Source of the DNA: Prasinococcaceae sp. CCMP 1430
Taxonomy: Eukaryota > Plantae > Prasinodermophyta
Assembly (NCBI GenBank): GCA_013416795.1
Contig: RQSC01000022.1
Coordinates: forward strand, 156,926-220,925
Direction of reading: 5' to 3'
Length of the DNA stretch: 64,000 nt
The notes below the pieces were generated by a model. It saw nothing but the letters and a program-made list of their open reading frames with translations. It was not told where the DNA came from and searched no databases. Positions 8,901 to 20,293 of this stretch are shown here, in pieces. The position numbers and the translations under genes are program-made. Every line of letters begins with the position of its first letter. Within the stretch, counting starts at the first letter, position 1.

Positions 8901-10557
8901 TGCGGCGGCGGCGGCGCGCCGCAGCGGCACCGCGAGCGGCCCGGGTCCACCGACGCGCTCCGCGCGGAGTCCCAGGTGCCGGGCACTGCGGTGCCCGGGG
9001 AGGGCGCGCGGGCGGTGCGGGCCACACGCCGCTGCCGTGCGCCCCGCGCGCGTGCTGCGCGCGCTCGACACGCGCGTGCTGCCCCTGCTGTGGGCGGTGG
9101 CGCTGGTGGCGTACATCGACCGCTCCGCGCTGGCGTACGCCGCAGCGCCGCTGCGCGCGCACGCCGGCATTGGCGACGCGCAGTACGGCGTGGCCGCCAG
9201 CGTGTTCTTCGCGGCGTACGTTGCATTCGAGGTGCCCGCCAATCTGTGCCTCCCGCGCGTGGGCGCGCCGCGATGGCTCGCGCTCCTCCTCGTCGGCTGG
9301 GGCGCCGCAGCAGCGGCCACCGCGGCCGTCAGCAGCGCTCGGGACCTCTACGCGGTGCGGCTCGTCCTGGGCGCGTTCGAGGCGGGCGCCTTCCCCGCCA
9401 TCGCCTACACCATCCACGACTGGTACGGCCCGCAGCGCTTTCTGACGCGCTACCCGGTCGTGACGACCGCCACGGCGCTCGCGGGCGCGCTCGGCGGGCC
9501 GCTCGCAGCGGGGGCGCTGGCGCTCGCCGGCTGGCGGGCGCTCTTTGTGATCGAGGGCGTCGGCCTCGCATGGCCGCTGGCGGCGCTCATCCTCGCCAGG
9601 CTGCCGAGGCGCCCCGAGGCCGCGCGCTGGCTCTCCACAGAGGAGGTCGACTGGCTTAGGAGCGGCCACCTCGCCGGCGCCAGTGGCCAGGCAGCGTTCG
9701 AGGTGGGCGGTGGCGGAGGCGGCGAGGGGGGCGGAGGGGGAGGGGAAGGCGGCGATGAGGGCGGCGCAAGTGCACCGGCGGCGCTCGCCGCCCTGCTGGA
9801 CTGGCGATGTTGGTACCTGGGCGTCTGTTGGATGCTGGTGGAGGTGCCGACGTACGGATGTATCTACTGGATACCCAATTTCATCTCGAAGGTGCTGGGG
9901 TACTCGGAGGTCGTTGAGGGGGAGAGCGTGGCAGAGGTGACGCGCCGGGCGGTGGTGACGTCGCTGGTTGCGTCGGTGCCCTTTGGCGCTGCGGCGGCAG
10001 CCATGGTCGGCGTCGCGCACCTCTGCCGCGCGCGAGGAGGCGAGCGCGAGGCGTACGCGGCGGCCGCCGCCGCGCTGGGCAGCGCCGCGCTGGCGGCAGC
10101 GCCGCACGCTGGCGGCGGCGCGGCCACGCTGGCGGTGCTCACGCTGGCGGCGATGGGCGTGTGGGCGGCGCAGGCGCCCTTGCTCTCCATTCCCTCCACC
10201 TTTCTCGAGGGCAGCCGCATGGGCGTCGGCTTCGCTCTCGTCAACACGCTGGGTCAATTCGGGGGGCTCATCGGCCCCGCGTGTGTCGGCTTCGTCAAGG
10301 AGCGCGCCGACGCGCGCGCGCCCCCCGAAGGCGGCGGGGAGGAGAGCTTTGCGCTGGCGTTCGCGCTGCTGGGCGCCGCGGGCGCGCTCGCAGCGCCGCT
10401 GCTGCTGCTCTTCCGCGTCCTGGCGCGCGGCGCGCGCGGCGGCGGCGGGCGTGCGCACGCGTACGCGCGTGTGGACGGCGGGCGCGGGCGCGGCGCCCGC
10501 GGGGGCGCGGACATGGACGTTGTCTGCGACGATGGCCTCGACGAGCTCGTGCGCTAG
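8890..10557 (+). CDS. MFS transporter, anion:cation symporter (ACS; tartrate/nicotinate permease-like)
   Basis: LDTRVLPLL..AYIDRSALAYA, FFAAYVAFEVPAN, RLVLGAFEAGAFP, GWRALFVIEG, LVNTLGQFGGLIGP; about 12 hydrophobic segments. Start uncertain. Confidence 0.85.
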   Translation: MVVIAAAAARRSGTASGPGPPTRSARSPRCRALRCPGRARGRCGPHAAAVRPARVLRALDTRVLPLLWAVALVAYIDRSALAYAAAPLRAHAGIGDAQYGVAASVFFAAYVAFEVPANLCLPRVGAPRWLALLLVGWGAAAAATAAVSSARDLYAVRLVLGAFEAGAFPAIAYTIHDWYGPQRFLTRYPVVTTATALAGALGGPLAAGALALAGWRALFVIEGVGLAWPLAALILARLPRRPEAARWLSTEEVDWLRSGHLAGASGQAAFEVGGGGGGEGGGGGGEGGDEGGASAPAALAALLDWRCWYLGVCWMLVEVPTYGCIYWIPNFISKVLGYSEVVEGESVAEVTRRAVVTSLVASVPFGAAAAAMVGVAHLCRARGGEREAYAAAAAALGSAALAAAPHAGGGAATLAVLTLAAMGVWAAQAPLLSIPSTFLEGSRMGVGFALVNTLGQFGGLIGPACVGFVKERADARAPPEGGGEESFALAFALLGAAGALAAPLLLLFRVLARGARGGGGRAHAYARVDGGRGRGARGGADMDVVCDDGLDELVR

Positions 10558-10849
10558 CGAGACAGTCACCCCTCGCATGCGCCTGCGTGCCATCGCATTG
10601 TTGTACCAAATCACTGTATACTGCTCCCAAGTGGTCGCGCGTGCGCCCGTGCGTGCGCTCGCGTGGCTTGTCTGTGTACTCGCGCTCGCCGCCGCGCGTC
10701 ACTGCCGCTGGGCGGCGCTCGACCCTCTCGCGCGCCTTCTCGCGCGTTGCACGGAACGCACGAACTGGGCAGTCGCGACCTGCGCGCCGAGGCGTGCGCG
10801 GCATCAGAGCGTGCTCGCGCGTGCCGCTCGCGTGCGCACCTCCGCACGC

Positions 10850-11604
10850 GCCCATAAGCGCCCGCGTGCGCTCGCGCTCGGCCGGCGAACACGCACCATC
10901 TTGAACGTGAAGGTCACCGGCTTGGCGGCGGCACGGAGCACCAGCGACTCCGCGAGCGACTCGGTGAGGCGCTGCGTGTCGCCCCCTCGCAGCGCGGGCA
11001 CGCGCCTGGTGGACGGCGTCAGGGCCACCGCACGTGCTGCACGCGCGCATACGCGCGCGCTCGAACGCGTTGGCGTATCAACGCGTGCGGGCGCACGCAC
11101 CTCTGCAGCCCCGCCATCATCCCAGTGGCCTTTCCCATCGCAGCATTAAACGCCTTGTCCGCGGCCTTCTTCGCAGCGCCGCCCGCCTTGGCCGCACCCG
11201 CGGTCTCGCTCGCAGCTGGGCCCGCGGCCGTCGCGCCTGAGCGCGCGTGGCCATGAGCGCGAGCGCGAACGCACGCGTGAGCAAGAGCGCGTGTGCGAAC
11301 AAGCGCGCACATGAGCGTGAGCACATGCGTGCGCCTGCTGCGCGCACGCGGCGCCTCTGCATGCTCAGCGGCGCAGCGCGCGGGCTTGAAAACAGGCACG
11401 CGCGTCCCGCAGATACGCACCTCGCACGCCGCGCGTTGCTGCGCCGACGCCGCCCGCGACGAGCCTGGCCGGCCGCGCGTAGTAGCACCCCGTCCACGCG
11501 GCGCCGGCGATGGCCAGCGCGAGAGCCTCGTGGAACGCCAGTGCCATCGGAAAGTCGGCCGCCTCGATGTCGTGCTCAGCGAGCCAGTCCTTGACGCGCC
11601 CCAT
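10850..11604 (-). CDS. Multi-exon hypothetical protein (probable membrane protein)
   Basis: ATG 11604 MGRVKDWLAEHDIEAADFPMALAFHEALALAIAGAAWTGCYY; later exons KAFNAAMGKATGMM and RLTESLAESLVLRAAAKPVTFTFKM; GTGCGT donors. Confidence 0.5.
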
Positions 11605-11967
11605 CGCGGCGGCTGGCCCGCGCGGGCGCGCGCGAGAGGGAGGGGGACGGACAGGGAGGGAGGGTGCGAGCGCCGCCGCCGCAAGAAGCACTCCCGCCAA
11701 CGCCTCGCGAGCCGCGAGCGCCTTCACACCCCCACCGGGCCGCGCGTGAGGCGTGCGCTGTGGCGCGCGCTCCGCCCCCCTCCCCACCCCCCCCCCGGCA
11801 TGCTCGCCCGCGCGCGACCAAAAAAACATTATCCAAATCTTTTCTATGGAAACTACGCCGAAATTCGGGACGTAAAAAAAGCCGGCGGCTGTGGGGCGCC
11901 ACAGGGGTGCGGCGCGGCGAGGGGGTGGGCGCGCGTGCCCCACCCCCCGCCCCCCGGCGCGCCGGCC

Positions 11968-13775
11968 ATGCCCATCCGCCGGCGTCGTCCCGGCGACGAC
12001 GGCGAGCCGCTCGCGCGGGCGTCCGACTACGTGCGCTGCGGCGCGCTGCGGCTAGTGCGGCCGTACGCGTTCGACTTCAACTGCAACGTGAAGGTGCGGC
12101 CGCAGACGCAGCCCGCGCACCGCGCTGTGCCGCTGGCGCTCACCGTTCGTTGGCCTTCGTGGCGGTTGTCGCCGCCGAGTGGGTCGCCGGCGCTCGGGCA
12201 GGCGGCGCTCCTTGTCTTGCGCGCGGAACTCGCGCTCAGCCGAGTAGTATCGCAGCCTCGCGCGCTGACGCGCCCGCCGGCGCGCCGCGCAGGCGCGCTG
12301 GGCGGGCAAGACGCTGCTGGACATCTTCGCGAACGAGTTCCCGCACCGCGGCCGCGCGTACTACGAGGCGGCCATCGCGGACGGCCGGCTGACTGCCAAC
12401 GGCGAGGAGAGGTCCGACGCGGCCCGCGTGATGACCGGCGGCGACTGGGCGACGCACGTCATACACAGGCACGAGCCGCCCGTGCTGTGGACGGGCGGGC
12501 CGCCGGGCTCGGGCGCGCACGACTACGCGAGCGTGGGGGCGAGCGACGGCGGAAGCGCGGGGAAGCAGCTCCCCCTGGCGGAGGCGCTGGGCCTCAGCGT
12601 GGTGGACGCGGACGCGCCGCACGCCGTGGAGATCGTTGCGGAGACCGACAACCTCGTCGTCGTATGCAAGCCCGCCTCGCTGCCCGTGCATCCGTGTGGG
12701 CAGTACCGCAAAAACAGCGTGCTCGCGCTGCTCGAGGCGGAGCGCGGCGAGGCGTACGCCCGCCTCGCGCCGCTGCACAGACTCGACAGGCTCGTCTCTG
12801 GCGTGCTATTGCTCAGCAGGGACCCGAAGACCTCGAACACCATGCGGCAGGCCATCGAGGGCGGGCGCGTGCGAAAGACGTACCTCGCGCGGGTGCGGGG
12901 CGTCTTCCCGGAGGGCGAGGTGCACGTCGACGCGGCCATATCACACGACGCCACGACGCAGACCAGCGCCATCACGGGCGGGGAGGCGCGCGCGTGGGGT
13001 GCGGGGGCGCGGGAAGGCGGTGGGGGCGATGGCGGGAGCGGCGGGGTGCTACTGGTGGCGCGAGAGGGCCCACGCGGGACGGGTGCGATTTCAAGCATGA
13101 ACAAGGAGGACAGGAAGGCCGCGCAGCGCGGCGAGCGCGCCGATGTCATCAAGGACGCCTACACCGTGTTCGTGCGCGTCGCCACCGACGGCGAGCACTC
13201 CATCGTCGAGTGCCGGCCTCGCACCGGGCGGACGCACCAGCTCCGAGTGCACCTGCAGTTCGTCGGGCACCCCATCGTCGCCGATCCGCTGTACGATTCC
13301 TGGGAGGGCGGGGGCGGTGGCGGCGGCGAGGCCACGCAGCGCCAGGCCTCCAAGCGGGCGCGCGTGGGCGACATCCCCGCCGCGCGCGCTCTGCGCCTGC
13401 CTCCGGAAGAGGTGGTCGCGACGTGCCCGCACTGCCCGGGGCTGCCGCCGCACGACTTCGAAATCGACGTGGTGCGTGCACGAGCGTGTGCGCCTGGCGC
13501 GCGTCAACCACGCCGACGGCGTGCACGCACGCATGCGCGCGCGCGCTGTGCGCGTGTGAGTGCCGCATGAAGACTTGCGCGCTGACTGCTCTTTCTGCGG
13601 TCGTTCGCGTGCGTTGGGTCCGCACGCACGCAATGCGTGCACGCACGCGCACGCGCAGGTGCCGCTGCTGCTGCACGCGCTGCGCTACGAGTGCGACGAC
13701 GATGGCGGCTGGTCCTTCGAGACGAGGAGGCCGCCGTGGGCGGAGCTCAATGCCGGCAGTAAGACAACGACCTAA
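11968..13775 (+). CDS. RluA/RluD-family RNA pseudouridine synthase (plant PUS7/yeast Rib2-like); exons 11968-12093, 12293-13471, 13659-13775
   Basis: VRPYAFDF..VK|ARWAGKTLLDIFANEF, HRHEPPV, KPASLPVHPCGQYRKN, catalytic HRLDRLVSG, TGRTHQLRVHLQFVGHPIVADPLY, LLLHALRY. Canonical GT-AG introns in phase. Confidence 0.9.
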
Positions 13776-13987
13776 TCAATTGCTCTCATCACGCGTTGCT
13801 TACTCCCGCGGCATTTCGGGGAGGCACTTACTAATGCAGCGTGCGGCTTCAGATCTCAAGATAGCTGATGTAGCGCCAGCGCGACGGCCAGCACGGCGGC
13901 GGCGCCGACGGCCGCGGCCGCGACGAGCTCGTAGCGGCGCAGTCCCCTGCGCTCCTTGTGCACGCGTGCGGCGTAGCCGTCGAGCGG

Positions 13988-14944
13988 CTACGCCGCAGCG
14001 CGCAGCAAATCGGCGCACTCGCCGTGGCCGTGTGACTCAGCAAAATCGAGCGCTGTCTTGCCGTTGACCGCAGCGATAGACGCATCAGCGCCCGCGTCGA
14101 GCAGCAATCGGATACAGTCGGTTTCGCCCTGGATGGCAGCTAAGATGAGTGCAGTCGCGCCGAGCACCTCGTCCACGCAGTCCGGGTCGGCGCCAGCTTC
14201 GAGCAGAACTCTGACGCAGCCATGATGCCCGGCACTAGCTGCGATGATCATTGGCGTCATTCCTCCATCTGTCTTCTTGTCCTTGTCGGCCCCCGCCTCC
14301 AGCAGCATGCGGACGCACTCGGTGTGGCCGTGCTGAGCGGCGGCGTGTGTCGGAGTCCATCCACTTTTGCCCCAAATTCCCGCGTGCTCCCCCTGAGGGA
14401 GGCTTGCCTTGTCCACATCGGCGCCCGCCTCCAGCAGGAGTCGGAGGCACTCCGGGTGCCCCTGGCCTGCAGCGAAGTGCACGGGAGTGAACCCTTGGCC
14501 GTTCGTCTTGCCCGTGTCGGCCCCTGCCTCGAGCAGCAGTCGAAGGCAGTTGGTATGGCCTTGATTGGCCGCCAGGAGCGCAGGAGTACACCCTTCGCGG
14601 TCTGTCTTGTCCACGTTTGCCCCCGCTTCGAGCAGCAGTAAAAGGCATTCAGGGTGCCCTTGACGCCCGCGAATTGCGGCAATACGAGGATCACCGCCTT
14701 TGACAGCAGCGTGCAACGGCCAGCCATCCGCCCCCTTCTCCGTGTCGGCGCCCGCCTCCAGCAGCACCCGCACGCAGTCCGCGTGGTCCTCGTACGCCGC
14801 CGCCCACAAGGCTGTCCCCCCAATGTCGGGGGCGAGCGCCTCGTCCTTGTCGGCACCCGCCGCGAGGAGCCGCCGGAGCGTCCGAGCGTCGCCCCTGCTC
14901 GCCGCGTCATAGACGTCGCCCTCGTGCACGCGCATGCCTGGCAT
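13988..14944 (-). CDS. Ankyrin-repeat protein (about 8 repeats, intronless)
   Basis: Repeated G.TP(L/A)..AA..GH..C..LLLEAGA units; ATG 14944 in frame to the stop at 13988. Confidence 0.9.
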   Translation of the reverse strand: MPGMRVHEGDVYDAASRGDARTLRRLLAAGADKDEALAPDIGGTALWAAAYEDHADCVRVLLEAGADTEKGADGWPLHAAVKGGDPRIAAIRGRQGHPECLLLLLEAGANVDKTDREGCTPALLAANQGHTNCLRLLLEAGADTGKTNGQGFTPVHFAAGQGHPECLRLLLEAGADVDKASLPQGEHAGIWGKSGWTPTHAAAQHGHTECVRMLLEAGADKDKKTDGGMTPMIIAASAGHHGCVRVLLEAGADPDCVDEVLGATALILAAIQGETDCIRLLLDAGADASIAAVNGKTALDFAESHGHGECADLLRAAA

Positions 14945-14949
14945 GGAGA

Positions 14950-15275
14950 CGAAGAGGGGGGAAGGTGGGGGGAGAAGGAGGGAAGAGGAGAAGAGGGAAG
15001 AGAGGCTGCCGAGAGCGCGAGCTGAGGATGGGGATGCACAGGAGGAGGGGGGGTGAGGAGGAGGAGGGCACAAGGGAGGAGGGAAGAGAGGCTGCAGAGA
15101 GCGCGAGCTGAGGATGGGGATGAAGACGGGGGGGGGGAGGAGGAGAAGGGCAGAAGGGAGGAGCGAAGAGTGTCTGCCGAGAGCGCGAGCTGAGGATTGG
15201 GATGAAGAGGGGGGGGGGGAGGAGGAGGGGAGAAGGGAGGAGGGAAGAGAGGCTGCCGAGAGCGGCGCTGAGGAT
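14950..15275. repeat. Purine-rich minisatellite, ~80-86 bp unit, about 4 copies
   Basis: Anchor gagagcgcgagctgaggat at 15011, 15097, 15179 and (variant) 15258, separated by G/A-rich stretches. Confidence 0.8.
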
Positions 15276-15489
15276 ACGTAGGCTGGGGTGCGCGCGTCGC
15301 CGCCGGGTGTGTGTGCGCAGAGTGGCGCAGGCTCCGGCCGCTCGCGCCCTCGCGGCGTGGTTTTTTTTTTTTTTGCGGCGGCCGTCGATCGGCGGCGCGG
15401 CACAACAGCCGCGAGCGCGTGCTGCTCGCCTGTCAATCTCAAGGAAGTCCACGGACGTGACGTGCATGGGAGCATGCGGTGCGTGTGTG

Positions 15490-15495
15490 CGACAC

Positions 15496-15556
<61 letters not shown>

Positions 15557-15760
15557 TGTGTGTGTGTGTGTGTGTACACGTGTGTGTGTGTGTGTGGACG
15601 TGCGTGTGAGTGTGTGCACGTGTGTGTGTGTGTGTGTGGACGTTTGTGTCTGCGTGTGTGTGTGTGTGTGTGTGCGTGTGTGTATGTGTCTGCGTGTGTG
15701 TGTGTGTGCGCGTGTGTGTGCGTGTTTGACTGATTGATGGTGTGTGTGTGTGTTTGTGCG
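15490..15760. repeat. (TG)n microsatellite (similar tracts at ~20200-20400, 21988-22140, 22350-22516, 37430-37830, 52445-52593, 62745-62890 and in many introns)
   Basis: Direct inspection; several tracts abut N gaps. Confidence 0.95.
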
Positions 15761-15839
15761 ATGAGATGAGATGCTTGCGCGCGTGGCATTGCTTGCGCCT
15801 GCGGCCTGCCCACGGGGGGGGACTGTCTAGCCAGGGGCG

Positions 15840-18191
15840 ATGCCGCCGCGTCCGCGCGCCTCCTCGGCGCGGGCGCGGGCGCCGCCCCTGGCGCCCGTGG
15901 CGCTCGCGGCGGTGCTGCTCGCGTGCGCCGCGGCGGCCACGGCCACAGCCGCCGCGAAGGCCGTTGGCAATGCGAGGGGCGCCAACATCCTCACCGCCAA
16001 CAACAACGACAAGAACAACAACAACAACAACAATGCGGGGGGCGTCAACATCCTCACCGATCGCAAGAGCTACGTGGCGCCGCTGCTCGACAGGAAGACG
16101 TGCGCGAGGCTGGCGAACGAGCGCACGCCGCACAAGGGGCAGGAGGGGCACGACGACGAGCTCGCGCGGTACATCTCCGCGGCGTGGGCGGACGGCGGCG
16201 TGCTCGGCGCGGCGCGGCTCGCCGAGGCCACCGGGAGGACGTGCGGGGCGGAGAGCGACCCGGGGTCGCACAACCGCGGCCACTGGCTGGGCGCCTCCCT
16301 CTTCCTGCTGCACCCCCTGTCGGACTCCGACCCGGCGCTCGCGGCGGTGGACATGATGCGCGCGTCGGGCACGCGCCACCTGCACGGGTACAGCCACGGC
16401 CTGCTCAAGGGCGCGTACCTCGCCGCCGTGATGAGCGGCAAGGACGCCGGGAGCTACGTGTCGTCGATGCTCGCGGACGAGGCGGTCGCCGACGCGAGAG
16501 AGAGGAGCAGGCGCCTCGACGGCACCAACGTCACCGGCGGCACCTCCTTCCCCGCCCCCGAGGCCGCGCGCGCCGCCGCCGCCGCCGCGCTGCCCGCGGC
16601 GCGCGCGCGCCTGCACGCCGCGCGCAGCGCGCTGGACGCGGCGAGCTACGCGTCGCTCGAGAGCTGGCTCTCCGCCGTCGTCGCGGGGCAGATGTGCCGC
16701 GCGCTGGGCATCATACTCGTGGACATCATCGAGGAGGTGGGAGTGCGCGCGCGTGCGCGCGTGTCTGTGTCTATGCGTGTGTGAGTGTGTCTGCTTCTGT
16801 GCGTGTGTGTGTGTGTGTGTGTGAACTTGACAACGCGTGCCAGTGCGTGCGTGTGTGTGCGCGCGAGAAACATGCCCGCGCGTGCGAATGCACGTCCGAA
16901 CCTCTGACGTTGCGCGCGAACGCACCTACGCACACACACACACACACGCCCGCGCGCCCATACACGTACGCGCAGGACTTCGCCAAGGGCGGGCCGCTGT
17001 CCTACGAGCTCGAGGCCGTCGAGCCGTACCGCATCGAGTCCGCGCTGGAGTCGATGCGCGCAGAGGCGTGGGGAAACTGCCTGCACGCGGCGGGCCACCT
17101 CGCGTGGTGGGCGTCCATGCAGCCCGACGCACCGTGGCGCGCCCACGAGCAGGTAGGGCACGCGTGCGAGTGCACATGCGTGCATGTGCGTGTGCATGTG
17201 TGTGTGTGTGTGCGTGTTGGGCAGGAGTGTGTACTATACTGTACGCGTGTGAATGTGTGTTTGTGTGTGTAGGTGTGTAGGTGTTTGTGTGTGTGCGTAT
17301 GTATGTGAACACGCGTGTGAATGTGTGTGCGTGGTGTGTTTGAGGGCCCTGACCGTCACTCGCTCCGCCTCGCCCCTGCGCTGCCTTTCTTTCCGGCGCT
17401 GTGTGATCACGACGCAGCTGAGTCTCGTGCAGGAGGAGGAGGAGGGAGCCTCCTCGGGAGAGTTTCCCACGCGCCCGCGCGCGCAGGCGTACGCGACCTG
17501 CGCGGCGATCTCCGCCTGGCCGCCGCCGAACGACGCGATCGCGCGCGCGCGCGCGCGCGACACGCCTCACACACGCGCGCGCGCGGGCAACGCGTCCGCG
17601 TTGCCGTGCGGCGACGCGATGACCGCCGCCGCGGGCGTGTCCTTCTGCCTGCACGGGGCGTTTCACCAGGCGCAGATGACATCGTACGACTAGGACGCGC
17701 CACACACGCCTGCCTACTACGCGCGCGCGCACACACAAAATGCACAGACGCACAACCCACACGCACACGCACTCGCACGAATATGCGCGCGCGCGCGCGC
17801 ACACACACACACACACACGCCTGAACGCGTGCCTGACGTGCTGGCGCCTCGCTGCACCCCGCCTATCGGTCGCTTCGCGCGCGCAGGGCTCCGTGGCCCG
17901 AGCCAAACACGCCCACGCTCAGCGGCGAGCTGTACACGCGCGTGGTCGCGCAGCTCAACGACCGCACGGCGGGGCTGCCGCGGGTCGCCGTGCGCGCAGA
18001 GGAGCTCCTGCGCGACGTGCCCCCGCCGCCGGCGGCGTGTATGTCTCCCCTCGCGCGGCGCACGGTGTCGTGGGGGTGCTTCGAGAGATGGTTCGGGTCC
18101 CACAGCAACAAAGGTACGGATGCGCTTGCGCATCCGCATGCACACGCGCGTACGCATGCATTTGCATGTGCGCACGCACACGCACACACAA

Positions 18192-18236
<45 letters not shown>

Positions 18237-18815
18237 TGCACACACGCATGCCTGCCTGACTCTCTGGCACTTCACACCGCCCCGCTACGTCCCTGCCTCT
18301 CAGTCCCATCTCCGGGCGAGGTGCTCCAGTCTCGCCATGCGGGCTCGCTGGGCATGGCCTTCGCCAAGACGAGGCGGCACACGTACGACCGCACGTACTC
18401 CGACGCGACGTACGGGCTGTGGCTGTGGGAGGCGCTGACGCCCCGCGACCGCCTGGAGACCTACCTCCCCGCCGCCGCCGAGTGCGCCCAGCTCGCCGCC
18501 CTCCCCGCCGCGCGCGACAGCCACGCGGTGCGCATGGGGTGCTACATCGGCGCGGGCTTCGAGCAGACCAAGTGCGGGGCTGGCTTCGTGGGCGCCGCCG
18601 AGACGGTCGCGCGCAAGTACCATGGCCAGGTGTACGGCGGCCTGCCCTGCGAGCTCCGCCACCAAGTGCGTGCTTTCGCGCGCGTGTGTGTGTGCGTGTG
18701 TGTGTGTTGTGGATGCGTGCGTGCGTGTGCGCACGTGTGTGTGTGTGAGGTGTCTGTGTGATGTGTTGTGTGACGTGTGTGTGTGTGTGTGTGTTTGGGT
18801 GGTAGTGGTGGCGGG

Positions 18816-18846
<31 letters not shown>

Positions 18847-19044
18847 ATCTCGCCGCTGCTATTGCCCTCGCCCTGGCTGCGCGATTGCTTTGCATCACGA
18901 TGATTGGCATACGCATTCCTGTGTGTATTTGTGCACACACGCGTATGTGTGCGTGTGCACCTGCAAAATGCGTCGGTACACCGCCGCCGAACAATGTTTC
19001 ATATTGCCGAGCTGCTAACATTCGCGGCGCGCGCGCACGCACAC

Positions 19045-19082
<38 letters not shown>

Positions 19083-19495
19083 ACGCGCGCCTTCGCTCTC
19101 GCAGGGCATGGCGCCCTTCATCGCCGCCATGCTCGCCGCCGAGCAGGCGGCCGTCTCCGCGGCCTCCCGCGGAGCCGCGCCCGACTTCGCGTCCGTCTCC
19201 GTCTTGTGGCCCGGTGTCAGCAGCAACACCAACAACGCGTCGCACGCACACGCGCAGACGCACGCGCGCGCGGGCGCCGCGCCCGACGCCGACTACTTCG
19301 CCGAGCTGCGAGCGCTGAGCGCGGCGTCGGTGGCCGCCGGCGGGCGCGACCATTACCACCTCGCGCTGCGCTCCATCGTGTACGGCGCCGTGGCGCGCTT
19401 CATGAAGTACAGGTGCGTGAAGATGTGTGCGTGAAGATGTGTGTGCGTGTGTGTGTGACTGTGTGTGTGTACGTGTGTGTGTGACTGTGTGTGTG

Positions 19496-19527
<32 letters not shown>

Positions 19528-19839
19528 CACGTGTGTGTGCTTGTGTGTGCGTGTGTGTGTGCGTGTGCTTGCGCGCGAGAGAACGGCTCTGACAACCCTG
19601 CACACGCGCGTGCACATGCGCACACGCACAGGAAGTGCCCCGACGCGACGACGCAGCTCTGCGCGCCGCTGAGGTCCGCGGCGATCTCCGCGGCGGTGCT
19701 GGGCGCGAGGACGGCGAGCGAGGCGGCGGCGCTGTGCGAGAGCATCACCAGGCGGGCGGTAAGGTACGACCCCGAGGCGATGGAGATGGGCACCATCGGG
19801 GGGGTGCCCGCGGAGCTCAAGGCAACGTGCGGATGGTAA
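15840..19839 (+). CDS. Secreted multi-exon hypothetical protein with repeated His motifs; introns 16737-16975, ~17152-17417, 17684-17886, ~18114-18303, 18666-19104, 19413-19631
   Basis: Signal peptide (LAPVALAAVLLACAAAATA), poly-Asn, motifs SHNRGHWLG, HLHGYSHG, CLHAAGH, CLHGAFH. GT-AG introns give a continuous frame to ...KATCGW* (TAA 19837-19839). Confidence 0.65.
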
Positions 19840-19892
19840 ATGATCGTTGTTGTCGACACACACGCGCACCCCAGTGCGCGCTCTATCAACGA

Positions 19893-19950
<58 letters not shown>

Positions 19951-20025
19951 CCACATACATTGATTACGCGTTTGTATTATTGGTGACCGCGCCCACGCAC
20001 CGCACGAGCACAGGCACGCACACAC

Positions 20026-20190
20026 TCACTCCCCGCGTCGCAGCGAGAGCCTGCGCGCGAGCGCGGGGTCCTGCGCGGCGCCCTCGGCGCGCAGCGCGTC
20101 CGCCGCGGCGGGCTCCCCCGCGGCCGTCTCCCAGAAGTGGTACGCCGGCGGGTGCGAGCGCGGGGCGGCAGAGGCGGGCGCGGCCAACGA
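20026..20190 (-). CDS. Possible terminal exon of a small hypothetical gene
   Basis: Non-repetitive island LPSLAAPASAAPRSHPPAYHFWETAAGEPAAADALRAEGAAQDPALARRLSLRRGE* next to a microsatellite tract. Confidence 0.25.
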   Translation of the reverse strand, partial: SLAAPASAAPRSHPPAYHFWETAAGEPAAADALRAEGAAQDPALARRLSLRRGE

Positions 20191-20198
20191 GGGTAGAG

Positions 20199-20293
<95 letters not shown>

